NCBI GenBank assembly: GCA_022564195.1 | Contig: JADFLW010000006.1 | Coordinates: forward strand, 2,474 to 66,473 | DNA from: Patescibacteria group bacterium | Lineage (GTDB): Bacteria; Patescibacteriota; Microgenomatia; UBA1400; Chisholmbacteraceae | Direction: 5' to 3' | Length of the DNA stretch: 64,000 bases | Shown: piece by piece, positions 55,227 to 64,000 of the stretch | Layout: each line of letters opens with the position of its first letter | Position numbering within the stretch: the first letter of the stretch is position 1 | Program-made: the position numbers and the translations under genes | Notes under the pieces: generated by a model | Database searches by the model: none | The model's input: only the letters and a program-made list of their open reading frames with translations | Told to the model about the DNA's origin: nothing

Positions 55227-56469
55227 ACAGATTCTTTTTTTGCTTCTCATCGTCCTCCTCCCCGCCCAAATCGGAAAGCATTTCTGGCCACCAACCGCCT
55301 TTGTAAGAGGCATTCGTATCGATTACCTCTCTCCGACGATCTTTGCCACCGACCTCATTCTTATTGCCTTGTTGATAAGTTGGGCAGCAAGAGCGAGAGG
55401 GAAAACGATTGTCAACATTCTGGAAAAACACAAACGATCAATCGGCGTCTTCATCGCGCTCCTCCTGCTGATGGCGCTGAATATCGCGATCTCAACAAAC
55501 CCACTCTCAACGCTCTATTATTGGCTACGCTTAGGAGAGCTTGCGCTGCTCTTTTTTTATCTGAAGTCAGTGCCGAAAAGCACAACCGGCGCGCTACGCA
55601 AGCTCTTACCGTTGCCAGTGATCTATTCTTCAACAATTGCCATCATCCAATTCGTGAAGCAAGGATCAGTCGGAGGGCTGCTCTACTGGCTCGGAGAACG
55701 CTCGTTTACGATCGCAACACCAGGGATCGCAAAAGCCGAAAGCCTTGGAAGACTCCTGTTGCGGCCCTATGCGACCTTTCCCCACCCGAACGCCCTCGCG
55801 GGATTTATCGTCGTATCCCTTGTGCTTCTGCTTCCATTGATGGAGAGAAAACAAGGAAGGGATACGTATACAAAGGTCGTATTGCCCTTAGCCTTTATCT
55901 TGGGAGCCATAACACTACTGTTGACATTTTCCCTTTCGGGCTGGATAGCAGCAGCGCTGCTGGCAATCTTAGCAAAAGCACTAAAGGACAAAAGAAAGAT
56001 GTTGCCCAGCGCAGCGCTGGTGGTGCTTGGGTTGACTGTGGCAGTCGTGGCGTTCCCACCGGAAAAAGAGTCGATCAGCAATCGTCTGACGGTAGCGAAA
56101 CATGCGCAGACAATGATTAGAGACAGCCCTCTTACGGGCGTTGGCTTGGGAAATTTCATTCCAAGCTTGAGCCAACAACCAAATCAAGGAAGTCTGCCGT
56201 TGCAATCTCCCTTCCTGTTCTATCAACCCGTGCATAATATCTACCTACTTCTAGCAGCGGAGGCGGGGTTGATCGCCCTCGGGCTGTTTGCGTGGTTCAT
56301 GGCAGGGGCACTAAGAAACGCAAAAAGAAAAGAAAGGACGAATATATTTCTTGCACTAGTTGGCATCCTCATGATCGGAGCAGTCGACCATTACTGGTTG
56401 ACCCTTCATCAAACCCGCTTGCTTTTCACCATCACGCTCGCGCTTGCATGGAGAAAAGAGAATTCATAG
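55204..56469 (+). CDS. O-antigen ligase/polymerase family (Wzy_C-like) membrane protein
   Basis: 10-12 TM helices plus the HNIYLLLAAEAGLIALGLF motif. Confidence 0.55.
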   Translation: MKRPTKVEQILFLLLIVLLPAQIGKHFWPPTAFVRGIRIDYLSPTIFATDLILIALLISWAARARGKTIVNILEKHKRSIGVFIALLLLMALNIAISTNPLSTLYYWLRLGELALLFFYLKSVPKSTTGALRKLLPLPVIYSSTIAIIQFVKQGSVGGLLYWLGERSFTIATPGIAKAESLGRLLLRPYATFPHPNALAGFIVVSLVLLLPLMERKQGRDTYTKVVLPLAFILGAITLLLTFSLSGWIAAALLAILAKALKDKRKMLPSAALVVLGLTVAVVAFPPEKESISNRLTVAKHAQTMIRDSPLTGVGLGNFIPSLSQQPNQGSLPLQSPFLFYQPVHNIYLLLAAEAGLIALGLFAWFMAGALRNAKRKERTNIFLALVGILMIGAVDHYWLTLHQTRLLFTITLALAWRKENS

Positions 56470-56515
56470 ATACAACCCAATACAGGAGGTTAAATGCTGT
56501 GCTAGGATATATTCA

Positions 56516-56818
56516 ATGAATGAACAACTTCGAGACACCCCCGAACAGCTTCCCTTTGAGGACCAACCTCCGATTAGTCGGACTATTTCAAGAAGAATGG
56601 TTGAAATAGGAGCTGAGTTGGAACAGCGTCATGGACCTGAATATTCAGCAGTTGATTTTATTATAAGATCTCCCGGTCTGGCTGCTGAGAATACGGCCTT
56701 GATATTAGGCCTTGTGTGCATTGCTGGTCCAGAGGCTGCTGTCCATTCTCTTATAAATGCTTTAGATCAGGCCGAAGAGCTTCTGTCTCATCTCCATGAA
56801 GAAGGAGGGAGGGAGTAA
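56516..56818 (+). CDS. hypothetical protein (100 aa)
   Basis: ORF from ATG 56516; no motif. Confidence 0.35.
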   Translation: MNEQLRDTPEQLPFEDQPPISRTISRRMVEIGAELEQRHGPEYSAVDFIIRSPGLAAENTALILGLVCIAGPEAAVHSLINALDQAEELLSHLHEEGGRE

Positions 56819-57179
56819 ACCTCTCTTCTTTTGGCCTTTTGGAAGCGGATAACCGCCTTCCCTTCTCTTGCTCCCGACAAGAAAAAACCTTACCACTAAG
56901 CTCCAGCGAAGAATCTTATGTACAATAACAATCACGAGTTTCGCACCATACCCTTATCTCAAATAATCATAAACTAACAGAGAGCGCGGAACAAATTTGT
57001 GCTGGCTGCTAGGCCAGGCTATTAGCCTGGCTAGCTTAACAATCAATTGTAAACTATCAATACCTAACCTTCTGCAGTCAAACAAATTTCTGTTACGCGA
57101 TCTCCTGTTCCTAAGCTTATAGAAACTGCGAAACTCGTAACAATGCAACAATGAAGCAGTGTAACAATGGATATTTCAT

Positions 57180-58442
57180 ATGTCAGCCAAACGCACAATT
57201 GCCACAAACACAATCGTCCAGCTCATCGGCAAAGCAGTAAACACCACAAGCTCGCTCCTAGTAACGCTCCTCATTGCCCGCAGCTTAGGCGCAGACTTTT
57301 ACGGGGAGTTCACTAAAGCATTCGTCACGGCAACCCTGTTCTTTATAGGAATCGACTTCGGATTGAATGCAATCGTTGTCCGCCGAATTGTAAAAGACCA
57401 AGCAAACGAGCAAGAGGAGTTCAGAAACACACTGGGGCTGCGGCTACTCTTTGCTGTGGCCTCCTTAGCACTCTTAGCTGTTTTCTTGTTGCTCGTTCCA
57501 ACCTCGGTTGATCAAGGATATTCCGCGAGAGTGAAGCTCGCAACCCTTATTTTTGGCCTCACCTTTTTCGAGCATGCGAGCTTCACCACGGCAAACAGCA
57601 TTTTCCAAAGAAGACTTCAATACGCGAAATCCGTTTTGGCTTCCGTAGTAGGGAGCCTGGTGGTTCTAGGCGCGGTCGCGGTCGCAGTCGCTGCCAAAGC
57701 CGACATCAGGATAGTTGCCCTGTCTCACGTCGCAGGATCGCTCACGATGATGGCAATCGCGTTGGTATTCGTCAAGGATATGATTGGAAAGGTGTCCCCG
57801 ACATTTGTGTGGAGGAAAATGATGGGGCTTTTTAAAGAAGCGCTCCCCCTAGGCTTCACGCTGTTGTTGAGTGTGTTGACAACTAGGATAGGCATAATTG
57901 TTTTGTCGCTTTTAAAGTCCAACGCAGAAGTCGGCTTCTACGGACTCGCGTACCGCGCCTTCGATGTTGCCCTCGTCTTCCCCACTTTCTTCATGAATGC
58001 GACATACCCGATCATGGTGGAACAGGCGAGCCAGGGAAGAGATAAGCTAAAAAAAATCGTTAAACAATCGGCGGCAGTGCTCCTGGTGGTTTCTCTTCTT
58101 AGCACAGCAGCGCTGTATAGTATAAGCCCTCTGCTTGCCTTCATTCGAGAAGAGTTCGGCCAAGCGCAAACACCGTTGAAAATACTGAGCCTTTCCTTAC
58201 CCTTATTCTTTTTAACATCGCTGCTCCAGTGGACAATCGTCACCCTAAAGAAGGAAAAGGTACTCATTCCAGTGTACGCCGCAGCAACAGGATTGAATCT
58301 TACTGCCAACCTCCTCTTGATTCCTCGCTATGGCATGCTTGCGGCAGCAGCAACCACCGTCATCACAGAAGCGGCAATCCTTTTTCTCTTGGCCTTCCCC
58401 GTGCTACAATCATTCCGCCGAATTGACAGAGAGACAAGTTGA
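57180..58442 (+). CDS. polysaccharide biosynthesis protein / Wzx-type flippase (MOP superfamily)
   Basis: About 12-14 TM helices, 420 aa, N-terminal IVQLIGKAVNTTSSLLVTLLIARSLG typical of Wzx. Confidence 0.7.
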   Translation: MSAKRTIATNTIVQLIGKAVNTTSSLLVTLLIARSLGADFYGEFTKAFVTATLFFIGIDFGLNAIVVRRIVKDQANEQEEFRNTLGLRLLFAVASLALLAVFLLLVPTSVDQGYSARVKLATLIFGLTFFEHASFTTANSIFQRRLQYAKSVLASVVGSLVVLGAVAVAVAAKADIRIVALSHVAGSLTMMAIALVFVKDMIGKVSPTFVWRKMMGLFKEALPLGFTLLLSVLTTRIGIIVLSLLKSNAEVGFYGLAYRAFDVALVFPTFFMNATYPIMVEQASQGRDKLKKIVKQSAAVLLVVSLLSTAALYSISPLLAFIREEFGQAQTPLKILSLSLPLFFLTSLLQWTIVTLKKEKVLIPVYAAATGLNLTANLLLIPRYGMLAAAATTVITEAAILFLLAFPVLQSFRRIDRETS

Positions 58443-58508
58443 CATAAGCCAAGCAGATAACGAGGACTGAAATGAAATATAGTTAACAGCATAAATAACT
58501 AAAACCCT

Positions 58509-59003
58509 ATGACCCTAAAACCCTATGACACTAAAACCCTACATATATACTGCGATGGGGGAGCAAGGGGCAACCCCGGTCCAGCCGCAATCGGATTTGT
58601 TGTCAAAAGCAGCGAAGGAAAAATACTTCACCAACATTCCCAACGGATAGGCGAGGCGACAAATAACGTTGCCGAATACAAAGCAGTCATTGCCGCACTA
58701 GGCTGGATAGGAAGGCAGAGACAGCGGACAGAGAATCAATATACGCCATACACAATTTTTTTAGATTCCCGTCTCGTGATTAACCAGCTAAGCGGAAAGT
58801 TCAAAGTGAAAGATGAGAAGCTCAAAGACTTGATAATCCAAGCAAGAAGGCTTGAAAAACGAGCCAACCTTACGCTCGAAAACAGGGCCCAGCTGTTTTC
58901 CTCAAACCCACCCGCTATCCGGTACGTATTAATCCCGCGCGAGCAAAACAGCGAAGCGGATGCCCTGGTGAATGAGGCGCTCGATACCTCTCCCACCCGC
59001 TAA
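58509..59003 (+). CDS. rnhA: ribonuclease HI
   Basis: IYCDGGARGNPGPAAIGFVV...TNNVAEYKAVIAAL...SDSRLVINQL...NSEADALVNEA, with catalytic D/E/D/D positions. Confidence 0.8.
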   Translation: MTLKPYDTKTLHIYCDGGARGNPGPAAIGFVVKSSEGKILHQHSQRIGEATNNVAEYKAVIAALGWIGRQRQRTENQYTPYTIFLDSRLVINQLSGKFKVKDEKLKDLIIQARRLEKRANLTLENRAQLFSSNPPAIRYVLIPREQNSEADALVNEALDTSPTR

Positions 59004-59365
59004 GACACTTCAACCGAGCGCAATTTATTTAGCCATCCAACAAAGAATATAGGCCGACAAGAAAAACCCCTGGGATCCGAATGGAAGAAGCACCGACCCC
59101 AAGGAGAACACATGAAAAATAAGTAAGAACGAAAAACACGGGGAAATGGGGCAAAATAGAGATAGTCACCAGGAGAAGATAGGGAGCAAAATGACGTAAG
59201 TAATAGTGAAATCGAACAAGAACATTTTCTCTAGGATATGACTACCCGAAACATCATTGCTCAAAAAAGCCTAATTGAGTAACATGAAAGGCGCGTCAAC
59301 GCACGCAAGAGGACTGTGGTTAAATAGAGAAAAAGCAAAGCTCAGCCACAAGCGAAAGCCAACCA

Positions 59366-62359
59366 ATGAAACGCAAAGGGAATCAGCCCAAACCAACACA
59401 TCAGATCGAAACGGTTAACGAGGTCCCTGCCGTCTTAATTGTTTCAAACGATGGGTTCATCGGATCCTACCTTGCTCAAAAACTCCTAGAGCTTCCATTA
59501 CACCTCGTATTTGTGAGCGATCAAGAGCTTGAAGAGATAAAGCACCTGAAGACCAACGAACGCTTCACACACAAGACGCTCGACAAGAGAGAAACGCTCA
59601 CCCAAGCAGCTCTTCCTAAACTCAACTATATTTTTCAGATAGTCGACGACCAAAGCCTTAACGTTGAGAGCGGTCAAAAGGGGAGAACAAGAGAACTTTT
59701 GCAAATAGCAAAGACCAACGCAGCAAAGTTTCAACTCGTGATCACCCTAGATTCAGAAAAACAGATGAGGAGCCTGGTTGACACCCACAGCAGGGAGACA
59801 GAGCTACAAGGATTCGCAAACGACGGACAGGCACAAAACGACACCCAAAATCCACTGGAAGCGATGGTGTTGGACTACGCCGAACAACACGAACTTGATG
59901 TTCGGATTGTATGGCTCATCATGGCATTTGGTCCCAAAATGCCATTAAACAACGATTGGGAAGTAGCAAAGATGCTAAGAACCCTCCACCAGGCCAGACA
60001 ATTGGTAGTGGAGGGCGAAGGCCTCACACCTCTATACCCGATATTCGTAACCGACGCGGTAAGCGCGTTGATAAAGGCAATGTTTACCGAAGGCTTGAAC
60101 GGAGAGACGCTCCTTGTTGCCGGTGGAAAAGAGATCACAGCAGTGAATCTAGCGTACAAATTGAGAGAACTGATGCTGAAGAAAACGGGAGAGTTCGTTG
60201 AAATTCGTTTTACGAAAACAGAGGAAGATGCGCCGTCACTACCAAGCCGAGCAGCGCTGAAAAACCTTCTCAGCCATTCACAGGAAAATCTGGGATGGAA
60301 GCCGTCGGTGGAGGTAGAAGAGGGGCTAGAAAGAACACTAGAGTGGGTGGAGCAGAAAGCAAAGATCATTTATCCTGAGCCTACCAGGGTAGTCGAATCC
60401 CTCGAATGGGCGCTCCCCACGACTCGCAAGGCGCCGGAACGGAAAAAGAAAGAGGAGAGAAAAACCGCAATCCCGAAACACGAAAAGAAGAAAAAGGCGC
60501 CAGCCAGAAAAAAGGCATGGACCAGGATAGGCGTGGCGCTGGTGAGCGCATTACTGATACCGCCGATCACATTTGCAATAACGGTAGGATCTGGAGCGTT
60601 TGCACTAAAAAAGGCAGCGGCAGAGCTCAAAAAAACGAACCTCGATGCGGCGAAGGTAACATCTCAAATAGCCAACGGCTCGTTTCGGGCTGCGAGACGG
60701 GAGCTGGCACTGATATCGAAAGCAATTCCCAAAAATCGCAAGAGCGTCGTAGAAGACCTAGACGGATATCTTGAAGTAGGACAGCTGATCGCGCAAGCCC
60801 TGCGTCTTAGCTCAAAGACAATAACCCACATGGCACTCATAAAAGACATCATGCTTTCTCAGTCAAACGAAGAGATGAACCAGTTGCTGATAACGCTAAA
60901 CGGGGAGCTAGATTCGCTGTACGCAAAACTATCGCACATTGAGGCGGCACTGAACCAGATGAATAAACAGCAGAAGGGCTTGCCATTCTCGCTCGTAGAT
61001 TCTCACATCAGTCAGGTATCAAAGGATGTTCATGAGGTTCGTGACTTGATCCTCGATGCCAGAAGGATGCTTGATCTCGCTCCACAACTTGTAGGAATAG
61101 AGGGGAGACGAACCTACCTCGTGCTTCTACAAAACAACGCCGAACTACGGCCAACGGGAGGGTTTATTGGATCGTATGGTCTCTTGACATTTGAGAAGGG
61201 GAGGCTATTGGACCTTGTCGTAGAAGATGTCTACGTGGCCGACGGGCAACTGAAAGGGCATGTTGAGCCACCCCAAGAATTAAAGAAGTATCTTGGAGAG
61301 GCGAGTTGGTATTTGCGCGATGCAAACTGGGATCCTGACTTTCCAACAGCGGCAAGAAGGATAGAGTGGTTCTTTGAGAAAGAAACAGGCAAGCGAGTTG
61401 ACGGAACGATCGCGCTAAATCTCTACGTGGTCCAAGAGTTTCTGCGAGCGCTGGGCCCGATCGAGATCCCCGATTATGAAGAGGAGATTTCTGCCGACAA
61501 CCTCTTCGAAACTGCAGAGTATTACAGCGAGATAAACTTTTTCCCCGGATCAACACAGAAGAAAGATTTCCTCGCGAGTTTAACGAACAACATCATGATC
61601 AGCGCAGGGCAGGCAGAGATCCATGAGCTTATAAAGATAGTCTCCGCGCTCAGTACTTCATTGCAAAGAGGACAGCTGCTCGTCGCGCTCCACGACCCTC
61701 TTGCCCAACAGACACTCAACGACTTCGGATGGGACGGAAGCTTAAGAGAAGTGGAATGCCCAACAAGACTCAAGGATCAATGTGCAAAAACCTTCATAGC
61801 AATTCGCGAAGCAAACCTTGGAGTGAATAAAGCCAACTACTTCATACAGCGGGCGATTGCAATCACGCAAAACATAAAGAAAGAATCAGTGGAGACAACA
61901 CTAACAGTAAACTACATAAACGAAAGTCTGGAAAACACTTGGCCGGGAGGCACATACAAAAACTACATGAGGATCTATATGGGAGAAGGAAACAAAGTGG
62001 TGAAAGTGAGTGTCGATGGGAATGAGCTAGACAGCTCGCAAGTGAACATCAAAGCAGAGCACGGCAAGACGGTTGCAGGATTCTTGATAACAGTTCCCAT
62101 CCAACAAGAAAGGCAAGTGCGTGTGGTCATGCAATCGAAAGGACCAAAGTTTGTAAGTGGCAAATCCCTAGCCAACTGGCTCGTGCAAAAGCAACCAGGG
62201 ACAGAAAACGATCCCTTGACCATAACCATAACCTTTCCCCAAGATACGAAAGTGACAAGCGCAAACCTGCCACTGCGGATAGACGGAAGACAGGCGACGC
62301 TCTTTGAGAATTTCTCCCGCGACCTTAACCTGCAAGTTGAATTCGAAAAGATCCAGTGA
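59366..62359 (+). CDS. fusion protein: NAD-dependent epimerase/dehydratase-like Rossmann domain + TM segment + DUF4012 domain
   Basis: N-terminus VLIVSNDGFIGSYLAQKLL (GxxGxxG-like). Central TM. LVLLQNNAELRPTGGFIGSYGLLTF typical of DUF4012. Confidence 0.6.
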   Translation: MKRKGNQPKPTHQIETVNEVPAVLIVSNDGFIGSYLAQKLLELPLHLVFVSDQELEEIKHLKTNERFTHKTLDKRETLTQAALPKLNYIFQIVDDQSLNVESGQKGRTRELLQIAKTNAAKFQLVITLDSEKQMRSLVDTHSRETELQGFANDGQAQNDTQNPLEAMVLDYAEQHELDVRIVWLIMAFGPKMPLNNDWEVAKMLRTLHQARQLVVEGEGLTPLYPIFVTDAVSALIKAMFTEGLNGETLLVAGGKEITAVNLAYKLRELMLKKTGEFVEIRFTKTEEDAPSLPSRAALKNLLSHSQENLGWKPSVEVEEGLERTLEWVEQKAKIIYPEPTRVVESLEWALPTTRKAPERKKKEERKTAIPKHEKKKKAPARKKAWTRIGVALVSALLIPPITFAITVGSGAFALKKAAAELKKTNLDAAKVTSQIANGSFRAARRELALISKAIPKNRKSVVEDLDGYLEVGQLIAQALRLSSKTITHMALIKDIMLSQSNEEMNQLLITLNGELDSLYAKLSHIEAALNQMNKQQKGLPFSLVDSHISQVSKDVHEVRDLILDARRMLDLAPQLVGIEGRRTYLVLLQNNAELRPTGGFIGSYGLLTFEKGRLLDLVVEDVYVADGQLKGHVEPPQELKKYLGEASWYLRDANWDPDFPTAARRIEWFFEKETGKRVDGTIALNLYVVQEFLRALGPIEIPDYEEEISADNLFETAEYYSEINFFPGSTQKKDFLASLTNNIMISAGQAEIHELIKIVSALSTSLQRGQLLVALHDPLAQQTLNDFGWDGSLREVECPTRLKDQCAKTFIAIREANLGVNKANYFIQRAIAITQNIKKESVETTLTVNYINESLENTWPGGTYKNYMRIYMGEGNKVVKVSVDGNELDSSQVNIKAEHGKTVAGFLITVPIQQERQVRVVMQSKGPKFVSGKSLANWLVQKQPGTENDPLTITITFPQDTKVTSANLPLRIDGRQATLFENFSRDLNLQVEFEKIQ

Positions 62360-62421
62360 TAGAATACCTTCCTTAGGAAGCGAGCCTTTCTCGTGTGCAG
62401 CAAGAAGCAAGAGAAAAATAA

Positions 62422-62442
62422 AACAGGGCTTGCCCTGTTTAC
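62422..62442 (+). terminator. weak intrinsic-terminator-like hairpin (aacaggg-cttg-ccctgtt then TTTA)
   Basis: 7-bp GC-rich stem 63 nt after the stop of the 997-aa gene, with only a short T run. Confidence 0.3.
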
Positions 62443-62481
62443 CCTTAGTACCACCGAAGGGAGCCTCGTCGAAGGGAAACA

Positions 62482-63210
62482 ATGATGCAACCACAATTGG
62501 TCCTTCAAGCAAAGAAAAGATCGCTCTTCGGCAGAGGTGTGAAACGCCTTCGTCACGAAGGGATCTTGCCTGCCAATATCTACGGCAAAAAAGTGAAATC
62601 TCTCGCCATTCAAGTATCTACCAAGGACTTCGAGAAGGTGTATAAAGAAACGGGCGAAACCGGTCTTATACAGCTGAAAGTTGAGAAGGAATCAAAAACA
62701 CGGCACGTCCTTGCAACCAACCTACAAATTGATCCCATAACCGACGCGCCTCTACACGCCGATTTTCATCAGGTTGACCTGAAACAAAAGGTCACCGTTG
62801 CAGTACCAATAGGGACAAGAGGAGAATCACCGGCAGTAAAAGAAAAGGGAGCCATCCTTATAAGACTCCTTAATGAAGTCGAAGTTGAAGCACTCCCACA
62901 GGATCTGCCAGATCAATTTGAAGTCGACATTTCAACACTCACGGAGTTTGACGACAACCTCCTGATTAAAAACCTAAAGGTGGATAAGAAGAAAGTCGTA
63001 ATTCTCACAGACGGGGACGAGGTAATAGTCATGGTCCAACAGCCGAAGAAAGAAGAAGAGGAAGCACCGGTGGAGGAGGAAGTCCCAGAAGAAGAGGAAG
63101 AGAAAGCTGAAGAAGAAGAGACGGCACCAACAGAGGAAGGAGCAGAACCAGAGAAGAAAGGAGAAGGGAAGCGAACAACTCAAGAGACAAAGGCAAAGCA
63201 GGAGAAATAA
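62482..63210 (+). CDS. rplY: 50S ribosomal protein L25 / general stress protein Ctc
   Basis: LQAKKRSLFGRGVKRLRHEGILPANIYGK...HADFHQVDL, with an acidic C-terminal extension. Confidence 0.85.
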   Translation: MMQPQLVLQAKKRSLFGRGVKRLRHEGILPANIYGKKVKSLAIQVSTKDFEKVYKETGETGLIQLKVEKESKTRHVLATNLQIDPITDAPLHADFHQVDLKQKVTVAVPIGTRGESPAVKEKGAILIRLLNEVEVEALPQDLPDQFEVDISTLTEFDDNLLIKNLKVDKKKVVILTDGDEVIVMVQQPKKEEEEAPVEEEVPEEEEEKAEEEETAPTEEGAEPEKKGEGKRTTQETKAKQEK

Positions 63211-63265
63211 CAATCGAATAGATCAACCCTGTATCCTGATATTCTAACCCTCAGAACTTTCCGGT

Positions 63266-63778
63266 TCATTGATCTACACCCAAGAACCTTCCCAAAGCGT
63301 GAATCTGCTCGTTATTTGGATCGATCTCCCAAGCTTTTTGCCAGTTTGCTTGAGTTTCTGAATCATCAGAAAACTGGTAATGAAGAATCGCCAGCATAAG
63401 ATATGCATCTCGATTCCCCGGCTGTCTCAAAAGAGCGTATTCCCATCGGGCAATCTCCTCTCGAAGATATCGTTCTGCAAAAACTTTTACACGAACATCA
63501 GCAAAACGTTTACCCAGTCCTGCAAGGTTTCCGATGACAGGCCGCTCTACAAGTGCAACAGCATGAGTGAATTCCCGCCGCGCAACCTCCCAGTCAGAAG
63601 CGTGAGCAGCAAGCTCGGCGAGTTCCAGATGAATGGAATAAGAGTTTGGATGCGAGAGGACAGAGATCCTGGCTTTTTGGAAACCAGAATCCGGGGAAAG
63701 AAAGCTGGGCACAACAATCACCACCAGAATCAAAACCGCAAGGCTCCATCTTAATGTGATGATGTGCTTTATTTCCAT
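63266..63778 (-). CDS. membrane-anchored TPR-like hypothetical protein
   Basis: N-terminal TM helix and helical-repeat character; no specific motif. Confidence 0.4.
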   Translation of the reverse strand: MEIKHIITLRWSLAVLILVVIVVPSFLSPDSGFQKARISVLSHPNSYSIHLELAELAAHASDWEVARREFTHAVALVERPVIGNLAGLGKRFADVRVKVFAERYLREEIARWEYALLRQPGNRDAYLMLAILHYQFSDDSETQANWQKAWEIDPNNEQIHALGRFLGVDQ

Positions 63779-63805
63779 GCAATCCTATGATACCGTTATC
63801 TTGAT

Positions 63806-64000
63806 ATGAATCAAGATAAATGGAAGAAAGAGCAGGCAAGAGACAAGTACAAAGTCGACAATGAGAGGATCAAGAAGTTGATGAAAGGGGGCTTCCTGTT
63901 TGGTTTTTCAGGGAGCGACCTATTTATTTTCCTTGCCGCGCTTGTAACGTTCATTTTTCTCCAACTCCAGCCGTACCTCATCCCGTATCTTGAGGGAAAA
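63806..64000 (+). CDS. hypothetical membrane protein (partial, runs off the window end)
   Basis: ATG 63806; MNQDKWKKEQARDKYK... then a hydrophobic segment; open to the window end. Confidence 0.3.
   Translation, partial: MNQDKWKKEQARDKYKVDNERIKKLMKGGFLFGFSGSDLFIFLAALVTFIFLQLQPYLIPYLEGK

Noticed and set aside
1-64000. rRNA genes, CRISPR-cas, integrases or transposases
   Set aside because: None found on inspection of both strands. No 16S/23S/5S-like conserved stretches and no recombinase motifs in any long ORF.

Overview
This 64-kb window looks chromosomal and comes from a small-genome, CPR/Patescibacteria-like bacterium. The clues are tiny GIY-YIG ORFs, an RRM protein, a four-helix-bundle IVS-family ORF, an isopentenyl phosphate kinase, and arrays of TrbC/VirB2-like pilins. 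All work is by eye from the sequence and the supplied ORF track; no searches were run. Contents in order: (1) 1-4.3 kb: a partial KAP-family transmembrane P-loop NTPase, an unknown partner ORF, and two mini GIY-YIG genes bracketing tRNA-Asn with duplicated tRNA segments. (2) 4.3-15.3 kb: HAD hydrolase, DUF218, ICMT-like methyltransferase, a frameshifted 2H-phosphoesterase (LigT), a convergent LCP / LytR_C pair, an RRM protein, ManA-like plus PGI/PMI, the dnaG-rpoD operon, and a ComB-like phosphatase. (3) 15.4-19.4 kb: a tRNA island with 4 Ser and 2 Arg tRNAs plus a tRNA fragment, a NUDIX hydrolase, ComF, and ssrA (tmRNA)-smpB with a textbook promoter. (4) 19.5-29.9 kb: envelope proteins, two pilin-like genes, the isoprenoid block idi-VOC-IPK-uppS, and an ECF sigma module. 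(5) 30.0-50.0 kb: a type IV secretion (T4SS)-like locus with seven more tandem pilin paralogs, a VirB1-like SLT protein, a Cys-rich secreted protein, a four-helix-bundle insert, a VirB6-like membrane protein, a 1186-aa orphan protein on the opposite strand, an excisionase-like HTH, a giant M23 peptidase, a PrgI/VirB3-like protein, and a VirB4 ATPase apparently split into two ORFs. (6) 50.0-55.2 kb: the chromosomal origin, dnaN-oriC (perfect DnaA boxes)-dnaA, then rpmH-rnpA-yidD-yidC-jag. (7) 55.2-64 kb: O-antigen-ligase-like protein, Wzx flippase, RNase HI, an epimerase-DUF4012 fusion, and rplY. Non-coding signals include telomere-like CCCTAAA/CTAAACG heptamer motifs directly 5' of many start codons and several heptanucleotide microsatellites, one overlapping the last six codons and stop of the NUDIX gene and one inside uppS.
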